Shown piece by piece: positions 37,324 to 45,565 of a stretch of 64,000 nucleotides of DNA (position 1 is the first letter of the stretch; each line of letters starts with the position of its first letter). The stretch lies in IMG/VR virus record IMGVR_UViG_3300037010_001702, positions 124,001-188,000 of that record; one strand, written 5' to 3'. The position numbers and the translations under genes are program-made. The notes under the pieces were generated by a model. It made no database searches. It was not told the origin of the DNA and saw nothing but the letters and a program-made list of their open reading frames with translations.

Positions 37324-38195
37324 GACCAAGCTTTAAAGAATTCCTTAACGAGAGCGCGGCTGTGGTTCCTCTATTCGTGAGTCTGCCCCGTATTAAGAAC
37401 GAGTGCAAGTACTTTCTTAACGAGTCTGGGGATTCCCCACTTTTAAGAGGAATTCGCGGTATAAGCGAAGATCAAGCCACCTTCTCACCAGCCTCAAAGA
37501 ATAGAGCCCCCAAGGATTCTGGTCCAGGATTCAACTTCATGTTCAACATGGGCTATCAACTTGCTTTTGGCTATAAGTCTATTCGCGCAAACTGTCTTTA
37601 CGCGACTGGTTCACAGGCGATGGCGAAGGCTTACGGACCCACCCACTTTATCTTCCCTGCTGGTGATTTTAGCTTCACCTACTCTCCAGAGTACGCTGAC
37701 TCATACGAGGAATCCTCTTCCATGTTCAGTGAAATAGCTAAAGAGCTAGGTGGATCCGTTGACGTGTACCTCGTTCAGTCAATGTTTGAAGATTTTGCTA
37801 AGAAATTTACAGTTGACGAGTTCATCAAGGGCAGTCCCGAAGTTCAAGAATATATCACCGATGTTTTAGAACACAGTGTTTCAGATGAGAAAATGGAAAA
37901 GATTGATCTGAAAACCTTTAGAGCAGAAATAGTTATGGCTACCAAGTCACTCTTTAAGCATAACTATATTGAATCAAGAGACCTTGAACACGCTATCAAT
38001 TTAAAGCACGAGATCGGTTTCTTTGACTTTCCTGGATACTGGGCTATTCCGATGTCTAAAGTGTATGAAATCCTTAAGCAGGATCAAACGGACTATGGAA
38101 CCAGATACTATCATTCATTTGATACACCCGCTGAATTAAAAGGTGATGCTAAGGGGCTCTACGAGTACCTTCTTCGGCTTATAAAGAACGCTTAG
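37320..38195 (+). CDS. Putative capsid-packaged ADP-ribosyltransferase-like protein 1
   Basis: MRPSFKEFLNE; LLRG, R.PKDS, LYATGS..A..YG..FIFP, HEIGF. Confidence 0.55.
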   Translation: MRPSFKEFLNESAAVVPLFVSLPRIKNECKYFLNESGDSPLLRGIRGISEDQATFSPASKNRAPKDSGPGFNFMFNMGYQLAFGYKSIRANCLYATGSQAMAKAYGPTHFIFPAGDFSFTYSPEYADSYEESSSMFSEIAKELGGSVDVYLVQSMFEDFAKKFTVDEFIKGSPEVQEYITDVLEHSVSDEKMEKIDLKTFRAEIVMATKSLFKHNYIESRDLEHAINLKHEIGFFDFPGYWAIPMSKVYEILKQDQTDYGTRYYHSFDTPAELKGDAKGLYEYLLRLIKNA

Positions 38196-38286
38196 CCCCC
38201 GTCAATTTTACCGAGAAATCACGATTAAGTGATAAATAACCTATGAATGAGATTAACTCTTACGACTTATCAAACAAGGAGATACT

Positions 38287-38877
38287 ATGGCAACATTAAG
38301 TCAAATGGGGATTCCGGGTGCCGGCTTTGGCGTGTTGCATCCTAAGCAACAATATAGATGGCAGGTCACCTTCGTGAATCTTGCACGCTTAGTTTCAGGT
38401 GCTTCATCTCGCGAAATTACTCGTCAAGCTGTCAAGATGGACAGACCTAACTTGTCATTTGAAGAAATAAAAATTGAGCGCTATAACAGCACGGCTTACG
38501 TTGCTGGCAAGCACTCATGGGAAGCTATTAACATTACGGTTGAAGACGATATTACTGGTCTTGCAGCTTACGCTGTCCAAGGACAACTTGAAACTCAACA
38601 ACGCTTGATTGGCGCCGACCTTGCAGGCACATGGTTGAATTCAGCAGCTACTGGTTCTGACTACAAGTTTGGTACTATCCTTCAACAGTTGGATGGTAAC
38701 GAAGGTGTTGTTGAAACGTGGAAGCTTGAAGGTTGCTTCTTGCAGAAGGCTAGCTATAGTGGCCTTGACTACGGTTCAAGCGAAGCATTAACAATTGATC
38801 TTACGATTCGTTTTGACCATGCGCGTCAAGAGCTTACCGGTCAAGGATACGGTACAGCATTGGCTGGTAACCTTTAA
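38287..38877 (+). CDS. gp19: Tail tube protein gp19
   Basis: PKQQYRWQV.F, RPNLSFEE, Y.AGKHSWE.I, DYK, ETWKLEGCF, LDY, TIRFD; GATAAATA at 38231. Confidence 0.92.
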   Translation: MATLSQMGIPGAGFGVLHPKQQYRWQVTFVNLARLVSGASSREITRQAVKMDRPNLSFEEIKIERYNSTAYVAGKHSWEAINITVEDDITGLAAYAVQGQLETQQRLIGADLAGTWLNSAATGSDYKFGTILQQLDGNEGVVETWKLEGCFLQKASYSGLDYGSSEALTIDLTIRFDHARQELTGQGYGTALAGNL

Positions 38878-38895
38878 ACTTAGGAGAAACAAATT

Positions 38896-39045
38896 ATGGC
38901 AACATCACCAACCCCTATCAAGGATCTTTTTGATTCCGTTCCCGGGGTTAAGACGGATTGGAAGGAAGATTGGAAGGAAGACGCTATAGCTGATTGGAAG
39001 GAAGATTGGGTTCCTCCAGCTCCTCCAGCATCACCAGCTTCTTAA
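38896..39045 (+). CDS. 49-aa peptide with DWKE repeats
   Basis: Missing from the ORF track. TAGGAG RBS; MATSPTPIKDLFDSVPGVKTDWKEDWKEDAIADWKEDWVPPAPPASPAS; lies between gp19 and its terminator. Confidence 0.7.
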   Translation: MATSPTPIKDLFDSVPGVKTDWKEDWKEDAIADWKEDWVPPAPPASPAS

Positions 39046-39061
39046 TAGGATAGCAACTTTT

Positions 39062-39090
39062 AAAAGGGACCGAACGGTCCCTTTTATTTT
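39062..39090 (+). terminator. Intrinsic terminator
   Basis: AAAAGGGACCG-AA-CGGTCCCTTTTATTTT. Confidence 0.85.
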
Positions 39091-39183
39091 GCTTGGCTAA
39101 ATCATCTTCCTCATAAATCATCTTCCTCATCTTCCAAGTAGTGCAGGTCCTAATAAATAAGTCATCCACATTTAGGAAATGCA

Positions 39184-40464
39184 ATGTCAGATATCTCAGG
39201 TTTAATTGGTAGCACGGGCGTAGCTCTCGAGTCAGAAGCGTACCGCCAGTTCGGGGCTGCAGTTGAAAATCAGGTTAGTGGTGAGCTTGGAAAAATATTC
39301 ACGACTGCTTCTACTCAAATAGCTGGCCCGAATGACGCTGCATCTGTCATTAAAAATGTTCAGACTGGGGTCTGGGATCCTACTCCATACGCTTCAGCTC
39401 TTACAAACTTTTCTGGTGGCTTTGATCCTAAGAATAAGTTCCTCTTCAAGGTTGAATTTAAATTCCACCCAGAGCCAGCGCAAATGGCTTCATCACTTGG
39501 CTTCAATGTCAATGACATCAGCCGAGACCTTACGTTCGTAGTTAAGTCAATCGATCTGCCAAAGGTAAAGTTTGACTATGAAGAAGTGAATATGTACAAC
39601 TTCAAAACGAAGATTCTTAAGGGCATCGCCCATGAAAACCTTAACTTGGTCTTTTATGATGACGTTGCGAATCATGCTTTAGCTTTCGTTAATGCGTACA
39701 TGATGCTCTTCAGCCCAATCACACGCAACAAACAGCAAGATGATGACAACATGGAAAACCATGGCTTCGCCTTTAATCCAAACTATCAAGGGCTTGACAC
39801 TGGTAATCGCGGTGCTATTGCAAATGGTAATCGTGGTCGAAAGGACATCTTAAAGTCATTGACAATCGACCAGTTTTACGTGAACATGTCAGATAAGACT
39901 GCCTCAAGTCTTCCAAACTTGGTGCGCGTTAACAGCTTCATTTTCACAAATCCGCGTCTAGCAGAGTACAACACTCAAAACCAAGACCATGAAAGTGGTT
40001 CTGAAGCTGCAACAATTTCAGCCTCATTCGACTATGATGCTCTTCACATCACCCTTGGTGGTGATGGTATGGGAGCAACAACGGTGCTGGGCAACACATT
40101 CCCGGGTGGTGACATATTGAATGGCTACAGCGCTACTGAAGCCAACATCATTAGAGGCCAGTCTGGTTCTGCTGCTGGTAACAATCGCAATCCATTTATT
40201 GACATCCTCGCGCGCCAAGGTTCTAGAATGGCTCAGACGACTGTTAGCAATGCTCTTCGCGGAATGTTTGGTGATGTTGCGGGTGGAGCTTTATCAACTA
40301 CAATCTCTTCAGTAAGTGGTACCCTTGGACAAGCAACGGCAAAGACTCTTGCTAATGCAGCAAGTGGTGTATCCCAAGCTATTGCCCGCCCATCTCCTAC
40401 TCTTGTCACTGACAATGCTGGAGTTACAACACCACCTTCACAGGTAATTAGCAGTTCAGAATAA
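39184..40464 (+). CDS. Tail-tube-fold protein (baseplate-tube junction, gp54-like)
   Basis: PKNKFLFKVEF, VKSIDLPK.F..E.VNMYN, L.FYDD, SFDYD. Confidence 0.65.
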   Translation: MSDISGLIGSTGVALESEAYRQFGAAVENQVSGELGKIFTTASTQIAGPNDAASVIKNVQTGVWDPTPYASALTNFSGGFDPKNKFLFKVEFKFHPEPAQMASSLGFNVNDISRDLTFVVKSIDLPKVKFDYEEVNMYNFKTKILKGIAHENLNLVFYDDVANHALAFVNAYMMLFSPITRNKQQDDDNMENHGFAFNPNYQGLDTGNRGAIANGNRGRKDILKSLTIDQFYVNMSDKTASSLPNLVRVNSFIFTNPRLAEYNTQNQDHESGSEAATISASFDYDALHITLGGDGMGATTVLGNTFPGGDILNGYSATEANIIRGQSGSAAGNNRNPFIDILARQGSRMAQTTVSNALRGMFGDVAGGALSTTISSVSGTLGQATAKTLANAASGVSQAIARPSPTLVTDNAGVTTPPSQVISSSE

Positions 40465-40940
40465 TGGCCTTTAGAGCACGATTCATTCCTAAGAATGCTT
40501 CCAAGTACGTTGGAGACATTGAAAAAATATTTGCCCGCTCTTCATGGGAGCTAACAGTAATGAAATTCTTTGACTCATCTTCAGCTGTTATCAGATGGGG
40601 ATCAGAAGAGCAGGTTATACCATACCTTAGCCCCGTAGATAGTAGAGTTCATGAGTACTGGCCTGACTTCTTTGTTGAGTACGTCGATAAGACTGGAGCT
40701 ACTAAGAAGGAAGTCGTAGAGGTAAAACCACGTCATGAATCAGTAGAGCAGTATGCTAAGTCAGAACGATCAAAGGCGGCACTTGAAGTAAATGAAGCAA
40801 AGTGGAAGGCAGCCAATATCTTCTGTGAATCAAGAGGCTGGACGTTCAGGGTAATTACAGAGCACAGCATCTACCACCAAGGCGTTAAGCAGACTAAACC
40901 TCCGAAGGTTCGAAAGAAGAAGGAGCTAGTAAGTGGCTAA
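40464..40940 (+). CDS. gp4: Head completion nuclease gp4
   Basis: F.PKN..KYVGD, RSSWE, WGSEE..IPY.SP.D...H.Y.PDF, VEVKP, N.AKW.AA. Confidence 0.9.
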   Translation: MAFRARFIPKNASKYVGDIEKIFARSSWELTVMKFFDSSSAVIRWGSEEQVIPYLSPVDSRVHEYWPDFFVEYVDKTGATKKEVVEVKPRHESVEQYAKSERSKAALEVNEAKWKAANIFCESRGWTFRVITEHSIYHQGVKQTKPPKVRKKKELVSG

Positions 40941-41418
40941 CGTAACCAGACAGTCAATCGATCCACGGTTCGCTAAATACTCAGGTCATAAGATTCCTAC
41001 ATTCAGGTCATCCTGGGAAACAGCTTACGCTGGAGCTCTTGAAAGATCACCAGCCGTAAAGTCCTGGTCTTCTGAACCATTTAGCATCACGTACTACAAT
41101 CCAATCAAGAAGCGCAACACGCTTTACTGGCCAGACTTTGTAGTTGAGTATGCTAATGGCTTTGTGTTAATAGTGGAGATCAAGCCATTGAAAGAAGCTC
41201 TTGCTGAAAAGGCTAGAACGCTTTACGATAAGGCAATGGTCCTACAGAACACGGCAAAGTGGCAGGCAGCTGCAGCATTTGCTAAGACACAAGGATGGGG
41301 ATTCAGAGTCTATACTGAGAAGGACCTCGCTGGTCTTATTAACAAGAAGCAGACAGCAAGAACGAATCCTGCGAGACCAGGAAATAGAACCATTAGAACT
41401 AGAGGTATGAGAAAATGA
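40933..41418 (+). CDS. Second gp4/TnsA-like nuclease paralogue
   Basis: FRSSWE, WSSEP..I.Y, YWPDF, VEIKP, AKWQAA, F.V.TE. Confidence 0.85.
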   Translation: MANVTRQSIDPRFAKYSGHKIPTFRSSWETAYAGALERSPAVKSWSSEPFSITYYNPIKKRNTLYWPDFVVEYANGFVLIVEIKPLKEALAEKARTLYDKAMVLQNTAKWQAAAAFAKTQGWGFRVYTEKDLAGLINKKQTARTNPARPGNRTIRTRGMRK

Positions 41419-41882
41419 AACCTGTTACATCAATGTCCCACCCACTCGAATCCGTCTTTGGAATGGAAGATGGTACTATTGACATCGCGCAGGAATATAC
41501 GGTAGCTGAACAAGTTCCGCAAGGACAGCTTACTGAAGCTCCAGTAGATCACAAGGATGAGGATGACAAGGTCATTGAAGAACGTCTCGACTTGGTCTAT
41601 GAGACTGCACTCCAAACATTCCACCAACAAACAGCTTATACCGAGATCATTGAACCTCGATATGCAGCCAGAAATGCAGAAGTTGCTGCCAATTACTTAA
41701 ATATAGCTTTAGCAGCAGTGAACAGCCGCGCTAAGGTAAAGTCAGATCGTAAGAGAGCAAACCAAGTGTTCGCACCTTATTCACCAGGTGGAGGTAAGAC
41801 AACCAACAACTTGGTGATTGCCTCCAGGGAAGAAGTATTACGTATGATCAATATTGATGGAATTAGTAAAGAGGTAAAATGA
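41415..41882 (+). CDS. gp16: Putative terminase small subunit (gp16-like)
   Basis: EPRYAARNAEVA..YL.IAL and TTNNLVIASREE patterns. Confidence 0.55.
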   Translation: MKPVTSMSHPLESVFGMEDGTIDIAQEYTVAEQVPQGQLTEAPVDHKDEDDKVIEERLDLVYETALQTFHQQTAYTEIIEPRYAARNAEVAANYLNIALAAVNSRAKVKSDRKRANQVFAPYSPGGGKTTNNLVIASREEVLRMINIDGISKEVK

Positions 41883-42820
41883 TTTCGTTCAAGCAATTCC
41901 TGTCTGAGACAGCCATAAAGAAGTGGGATGTCGAACACATTGGCCTCGAGGGTCTGGTAACGCTTCTTAATGCCCAGTTTAAGTCTGGACTTGAGTCCAT
42001 TAAGAATGGTAGCATCTTGTTTCGTGGGCTGTCTGGTGGAAAGAACGAAGCAGATGGTTATAAAATAATCGACACTACTAAAGCGCACCGAACATCTAGA
42101 GATACAAACAATATTTACCAGCTGCTAATGGATAATTCAGCGGGCTTTAAGGATTATCCAAAGAGAAAGAATTCACTTATCTGTTCAACTGGATTAACAA
42201 CAGCTGAAAACTATGGCACTGTAAATGTTTTGATTCCGATAGATGGAACAAAAATAGCAGCACTTAAACATCCTGATATTTTTTCACAATCATTGCACAC
42301 CCCACTTGTCCAATCAGGAATTGGGGTGCAGGAGGTGAGTAATGAAATTGAAATGTTTCTGAGAGAACTAGGACTGCGTGGCAATAAGGTATTTGATGAT
42401 ATGCAGGTGCTTGATGATTTTTTAACTAATGTTGCCCCGGACAAAATTATAAAAGCTATAAGTGACAGTGAAACTGGTAATTGCTTTAACTACACTGAAT
42501 GCCTTAAGCTCTTCTCACGCTGTCTTGATGATAAAAAGATGACAACTCTCGCCAATGCGTTGTTCTCTCCTACCTCAATGGACATTAGACTGCTTACAGC
42601 GGGTGATGACATTCCACCTCACAATCAATTGGGGGTTGAAGCATGGTTCTCGGGCGTGGCAGTATCAATGCCACTGGCCACCTTTGCTGATATGCTTTAT
42701 GATTTGAAGAAGAGCGGATTCCCAGTGCATAAATCATTCGACAAGTATATGAAGTTGGAACTTAAGAAGGCTGCAGAACGCTATGATGCACAGCTACGCA
42801 GGGACCAGTCAAATGAGTAA
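41879..42820 (+). CDS. Putative capsid-packaged ADP-ribosyltransferase-like protein 2
   Basis: MISFKQFLSE; LFRG, R.SRDT, SLICST...A..YG...LIP, VEAWFSG. Confidence 0.55.
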   Translation: MISFKQFLSETAIKKWDVEHIGLEGLVTLLNAQFKSGLESIKNGSILFRGLSGGKNEADGYKIIDTTKAHRTSRDTNNIYQLLMDNSAGFKDYPKRKNSLICSTGLTTAENYGTVNVLIPIDGTKIAALKHPDIFSQSLHTPLVQSGIGVQEVSNEIEMFLRELGLRGNKVFDDMQVLDDFLTNVAPDKIIKAISDSETGNCFNYTECLKLFSRCLDDKKMTTLANALFSPTSMDIRLLTAGDDIPPHNQLGVEAWFSGVAVSMPLATFADMLYDLKKSGFPVHKSFDKYMKLELKKAAERYDAQLRRDQSNE

Positions 42821-43385
42821 TATTTCCTTTAAAGAATTCCTCGCTGATGCTGTCCTTAAGAAGCGGGACCAGCAAAACTTAAGCCTTAAGCTTGTTGAGT
42901 TTGGTAAGAAGCTTCCTCTTGATCGAGAGGTTTGGTTCTCAAGCAAAGCTATTTTGACTAAGGACGACAAGTTTGATAGTATTGACGACGCGACCAAACA
43001 GCAGAAGAAAATCAAGATCGAGGAAGAAGTTAATGACAAGATTTTCTACACTGACTTCAAGAAAGAAAAGGAAATCCTCGATGGTAAGTACAAGCTAGTT
43101 GCTACTTGTGGTTGGGTAAAGATGAATGCTAAGCCAGCACACAAGAGCGAACAGTTTAGAATAGTAGCTAAAACAGCAGGCGGCACTGAGTGTGGCTGGG
43201 TAAATTTCGAGAAGCATGGTGATCATCTAGAGGCTCTTGATCTTTCTGTGCAACCAGCTCACAGACGTAAAGGCATTGCTACTGAAATGTATAAGCTCGC
43301 ACGAGAGTGCGGCAATGACGTAGCACCTTCTAAACTTCAAACAGGAATGGGTAAGACATTCTGGAATAAGGATCATTCAAAATGA
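42813..43385 (+). CDS. GNAT acetyltransferase with capsid-targeting-like N-terminus (chimeric)
   Basis: MSNISFKEFLAD; acetyl-CoA-binding motif V.PAHRRKGIATEMY; QT.MGK.FW. Confidence 0.75.
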   Translation: MSNISFKEFLADAVLKKRDQQNLSLKLVEFGKKLPLDREVWFSSKAILTKDDKFDSIDDATKQQKKIKIEEEVNDKIFYTDFKKEKEILDGKYKLVATCGWVKMNAKPAHKSEQFRIVAKTAGGTECGWVNFEKHGDHLEALDLSVQPAHRRKGIATEMYKLARECGNDVAPSKLQTGMGKTFWNKDHSK

Positions 43386-44056
43386 GATTAAAAATGAGAT
43401 TCAAAGAATTCATAACAGAGTGGTCAAACACAGCCAGTGGTATCAGAAAATCCTTAGAAAAGAAGGGCTATAAGTATATTGGCAAAGGTGTTGATCAATC
43501 TGCATATCTTGAACCAAAGACTGGTAGGGTGCTGAAAGTATTTGGCACTGGTCATGGTGGCGATGATGCTGGATTTTCTAAAGATCAATACATGTTTAAA
43601 GCCTGGGCTGCTTATTGTAAAAAGAATAGCACTAATGAATTTCTTCCAAAATTTGATGGTTGGGAATCATTTAAGTGGAAAGAAGAAATGTATCTTCAGA
43701 TCAGAATGGAAAAATTACAGAAGCTTCCAGACGATCTTGCTAACGCTCTTGAAAATATCTCAGAAGAGATTGATCGATCACATAATAAAGCAAAGACAAT
43801 CAATGACATTGTAATGCACGTGCACGAGCTAGACAATGAGGATGAATCCCCCATTCATCTTTTAAGATCACAAGCGGAAGCAATTGAAGAATTAATGGTT
43901 CTTCTAGGAGAAAAGGATTTTAGACTTCTTCTAACAACTATTGGTGATCTATCTAGAATAGCTTATGACGATGGTTATAGGTTTGATCTTCATGGCGGCA
44001 ATTTCATGCATCGTAATGACGGTATTCCCGTCATCGTTGATCCTTGGGTAATATAA
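43382..44056 (+). CDS. Protein-kinase-like enzyme
   Basis: MRFKEFITE; IGKGV Gly-loop, VLKV, DLHGGNFM, IVDP. Confidence 0.75.
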   Translation: MRLKMRFKEFITEWSNTASGIRKSLEKKGYKYIGKGVDQSAYLEPKTGRVLKVFGTGHGGDDAGFSKDQYMFKAWAAYCKKNSTNEFLPKFDGWESFKWKEEMYLQIRMEKLQKLPDDLANALENISEEIDRSHNKAKTINDIVMHVHELDNEDESPIHLLRSQAEAIEELMVLLGEKDFRLLLTTIGDLSRIAYDDGYRFDLHGGNFMHRNDGIPVIVDPWVI

Positions 44057-44059
44057 ATA
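44052..44059 (+). promoter_or_regulatory. T4 late promoter TATAAATA
   Basis: Exact consensus upstream of the zeta-like kinase. Confidence 0.6.
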
Positions 44060-44134
44060 TCTTTACACTTAGCATTCTCTATGATAGAGAAATACCATCT
44101 ACTATATTTGTTCTGAAGTAACACAAGGACTACC

Positions 44135-44869
44135 GTGCAGTTATCTTTCAAAAATTATTTATTAGAATCTAGTTCGGACAAGGGCATCCTAAAGGCTATC
44201 TTTGTTATTGGAATACCTGGATCTGGTAAGTCTTACACTACTGCACAACTAAATGGGGTGGTATCCCCAAAGATTGTGAATACTGACAAAGCTTCAGAGT
44301 TTATGTCTGCAAAAATTGATAAGAAAATTAATTCTGAAACATGGGATGATTTTAAAGACTCTGCACACCGCATAACAAAGACTATGTTAATGAATTATCT
44401 GGACGGGGTATTACCACTATTCATCGATGGTACATCTAGTAATTTGAAAAATATCCATAGACGTATTGGCATTTTAAAATCGGTGGGCTATGATATCGGC
44501 ATTATTAATGTGACTACATCACTAGAAACGGCAAAGAAGCGAGCAAAGGAACGAGAAGAAAAAATTGGTAGAGCTGTTGATGTGTCATTTATCGAAGCTA
44601 ATTTTAAGAAGAGCGCTGAAAATGCAGCCGAATTAAAAAGTCAAGTTTCATTCTTTAGAGAAATCAATAATGATTCTGGCGTACTAGATGATGCTGCTAT
44701 GAAAAAATTATTCAATGAAGTGCAAGACTTCTATTCTAAGAAAGTATCTAACCTTACTGGCCGTAGGGTTCTAGAAGAAATGAATAGCAAGAAGACCAAG
44801 TATCTTGCTCCAGAAATAATGTCAAGAAAAGAGTTAGAACTTCTTTGCAATGGATGGTACCGAGAATGA
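44135..44869 (+). CDS. Zeta-toxin-like P-loop kinase
   Basis: MQLSFKNYLLE; GIPGSGKS, VNTD, IDGT, GY, TSLETAKKR..R. Confidence 0.75.
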   Translation: MQLSFKNYLLESSSDKGILKAIFVIGIPGSGKSYTTAQLNGVVSPKIVNTDKASEFMSAKIDKKINSETWDDFKDSAHRITKTMLMNYLDGVLPLFIDGTSSNLKNIHRRIGILKSVGYDIGIINVTTSLETAKKRAKEREEKIGRAVDVSFIEANFKKSAENAAELKSQVSFFREINNDSGVLDDAAMKKLFNEVQDFYSKKVSNLTGRRVLEEMNSKKTKYLAPEIMSRKELELLCNGWYRE

Positions 44870-45510
44870 TCTCTTTTAAACAATTCTTAAGCGAAGCATC
44901 TGAGTTTGACTTAGAAAAATTCAAGAAAGAGTGTTCTGTATATCTTGCCATGCTAAAGGGTACGCATGGCCGACAGATGCTATATCGCGGCACCCACAAT
45001 ATACCGAAAGACTATCAAGTAGAAACTTGGAAAGAACGTGAAGGACCCAGAGATTCTTCATTCACTATGCATGACGGTATTAACAAATACTTCGAAGACA
45101 AGTTTGGCGTAAAGGCTAGAGACTGGATGTTCTGCTCAGGTAGTCCTAATGATGCAGCAATCTACAGTGCAAGTCGTAAAGACCTTACTATCATTTTTCC
45201 AATAGGCAATTTTGAATGGCTTTGTGCAACTGACGATGATGCTCATGATATGACTGGTTTCTACAACCGGTGCGGTGGTCGTAATGATCCAACATATGAC
45301 AATCCTGAAATTGAAAAGAGTAATAAGCTTGCTGTAGAAATTATGAAAGATAAGATGGAAAAATGGCATTGGAAAGATAGTGAGGACATTGTTGGATGCA
45401 TAAAGTCTAATAACGAAATAATGTTCAGATGTGGTAAGTTTTATGCTTTCAATCATAATGGACCTACTGCAGAAAGCCCTGAGTTTCAAGACTTCTTTCT
45501 ATCAATCTGA
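44866..45510 (+). CDS. Putative capsid-packaged ADP-ribosyltransferase-like protein 3
   Basis: MISFKQFLSE; LYRG, R.GPRDS, MFCSGS...A..Y...IFP, NEIMF. Confidence 0.55.
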   Translation: MISFKQFLSEASEFDLEKFKKECSVYLAMLKGTHGRQMLYRGTHNIPKDYQVETWKEREGPRDSSFTMHDGINKYFEDKFGVKARDWMFCSGSPNDAAIYSASRKDLTIIFPIGNFEWLCATDDDAHDMTGFYNRCGGRNDPTYDNPEIEKSNKLAVEIMKDKMEKWHWKDSEDIVGCIKSNNEIMFRCGKFYAFNHNGPTAESPEFQDFFLSI

Positions 45511-45565
45511 TCTAACCTACTTCTTCTGGACATTCGATAAATAAGCTATCATATTGGAGACACTA

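Noticed and set aside
38960-39010. GATTGGAAGGAA repeats as a CRISPR or mini-array
   Set aside because: 12-bp units without spacers, in frame within a small ORF.
44135-44869. Zeta/epsilon toxin-antitoxin module
   Set aside because: No adjacent antitoxin-like gene; the late promoter and capsid-targeting-like N-terminus fit a virion enzyme better.
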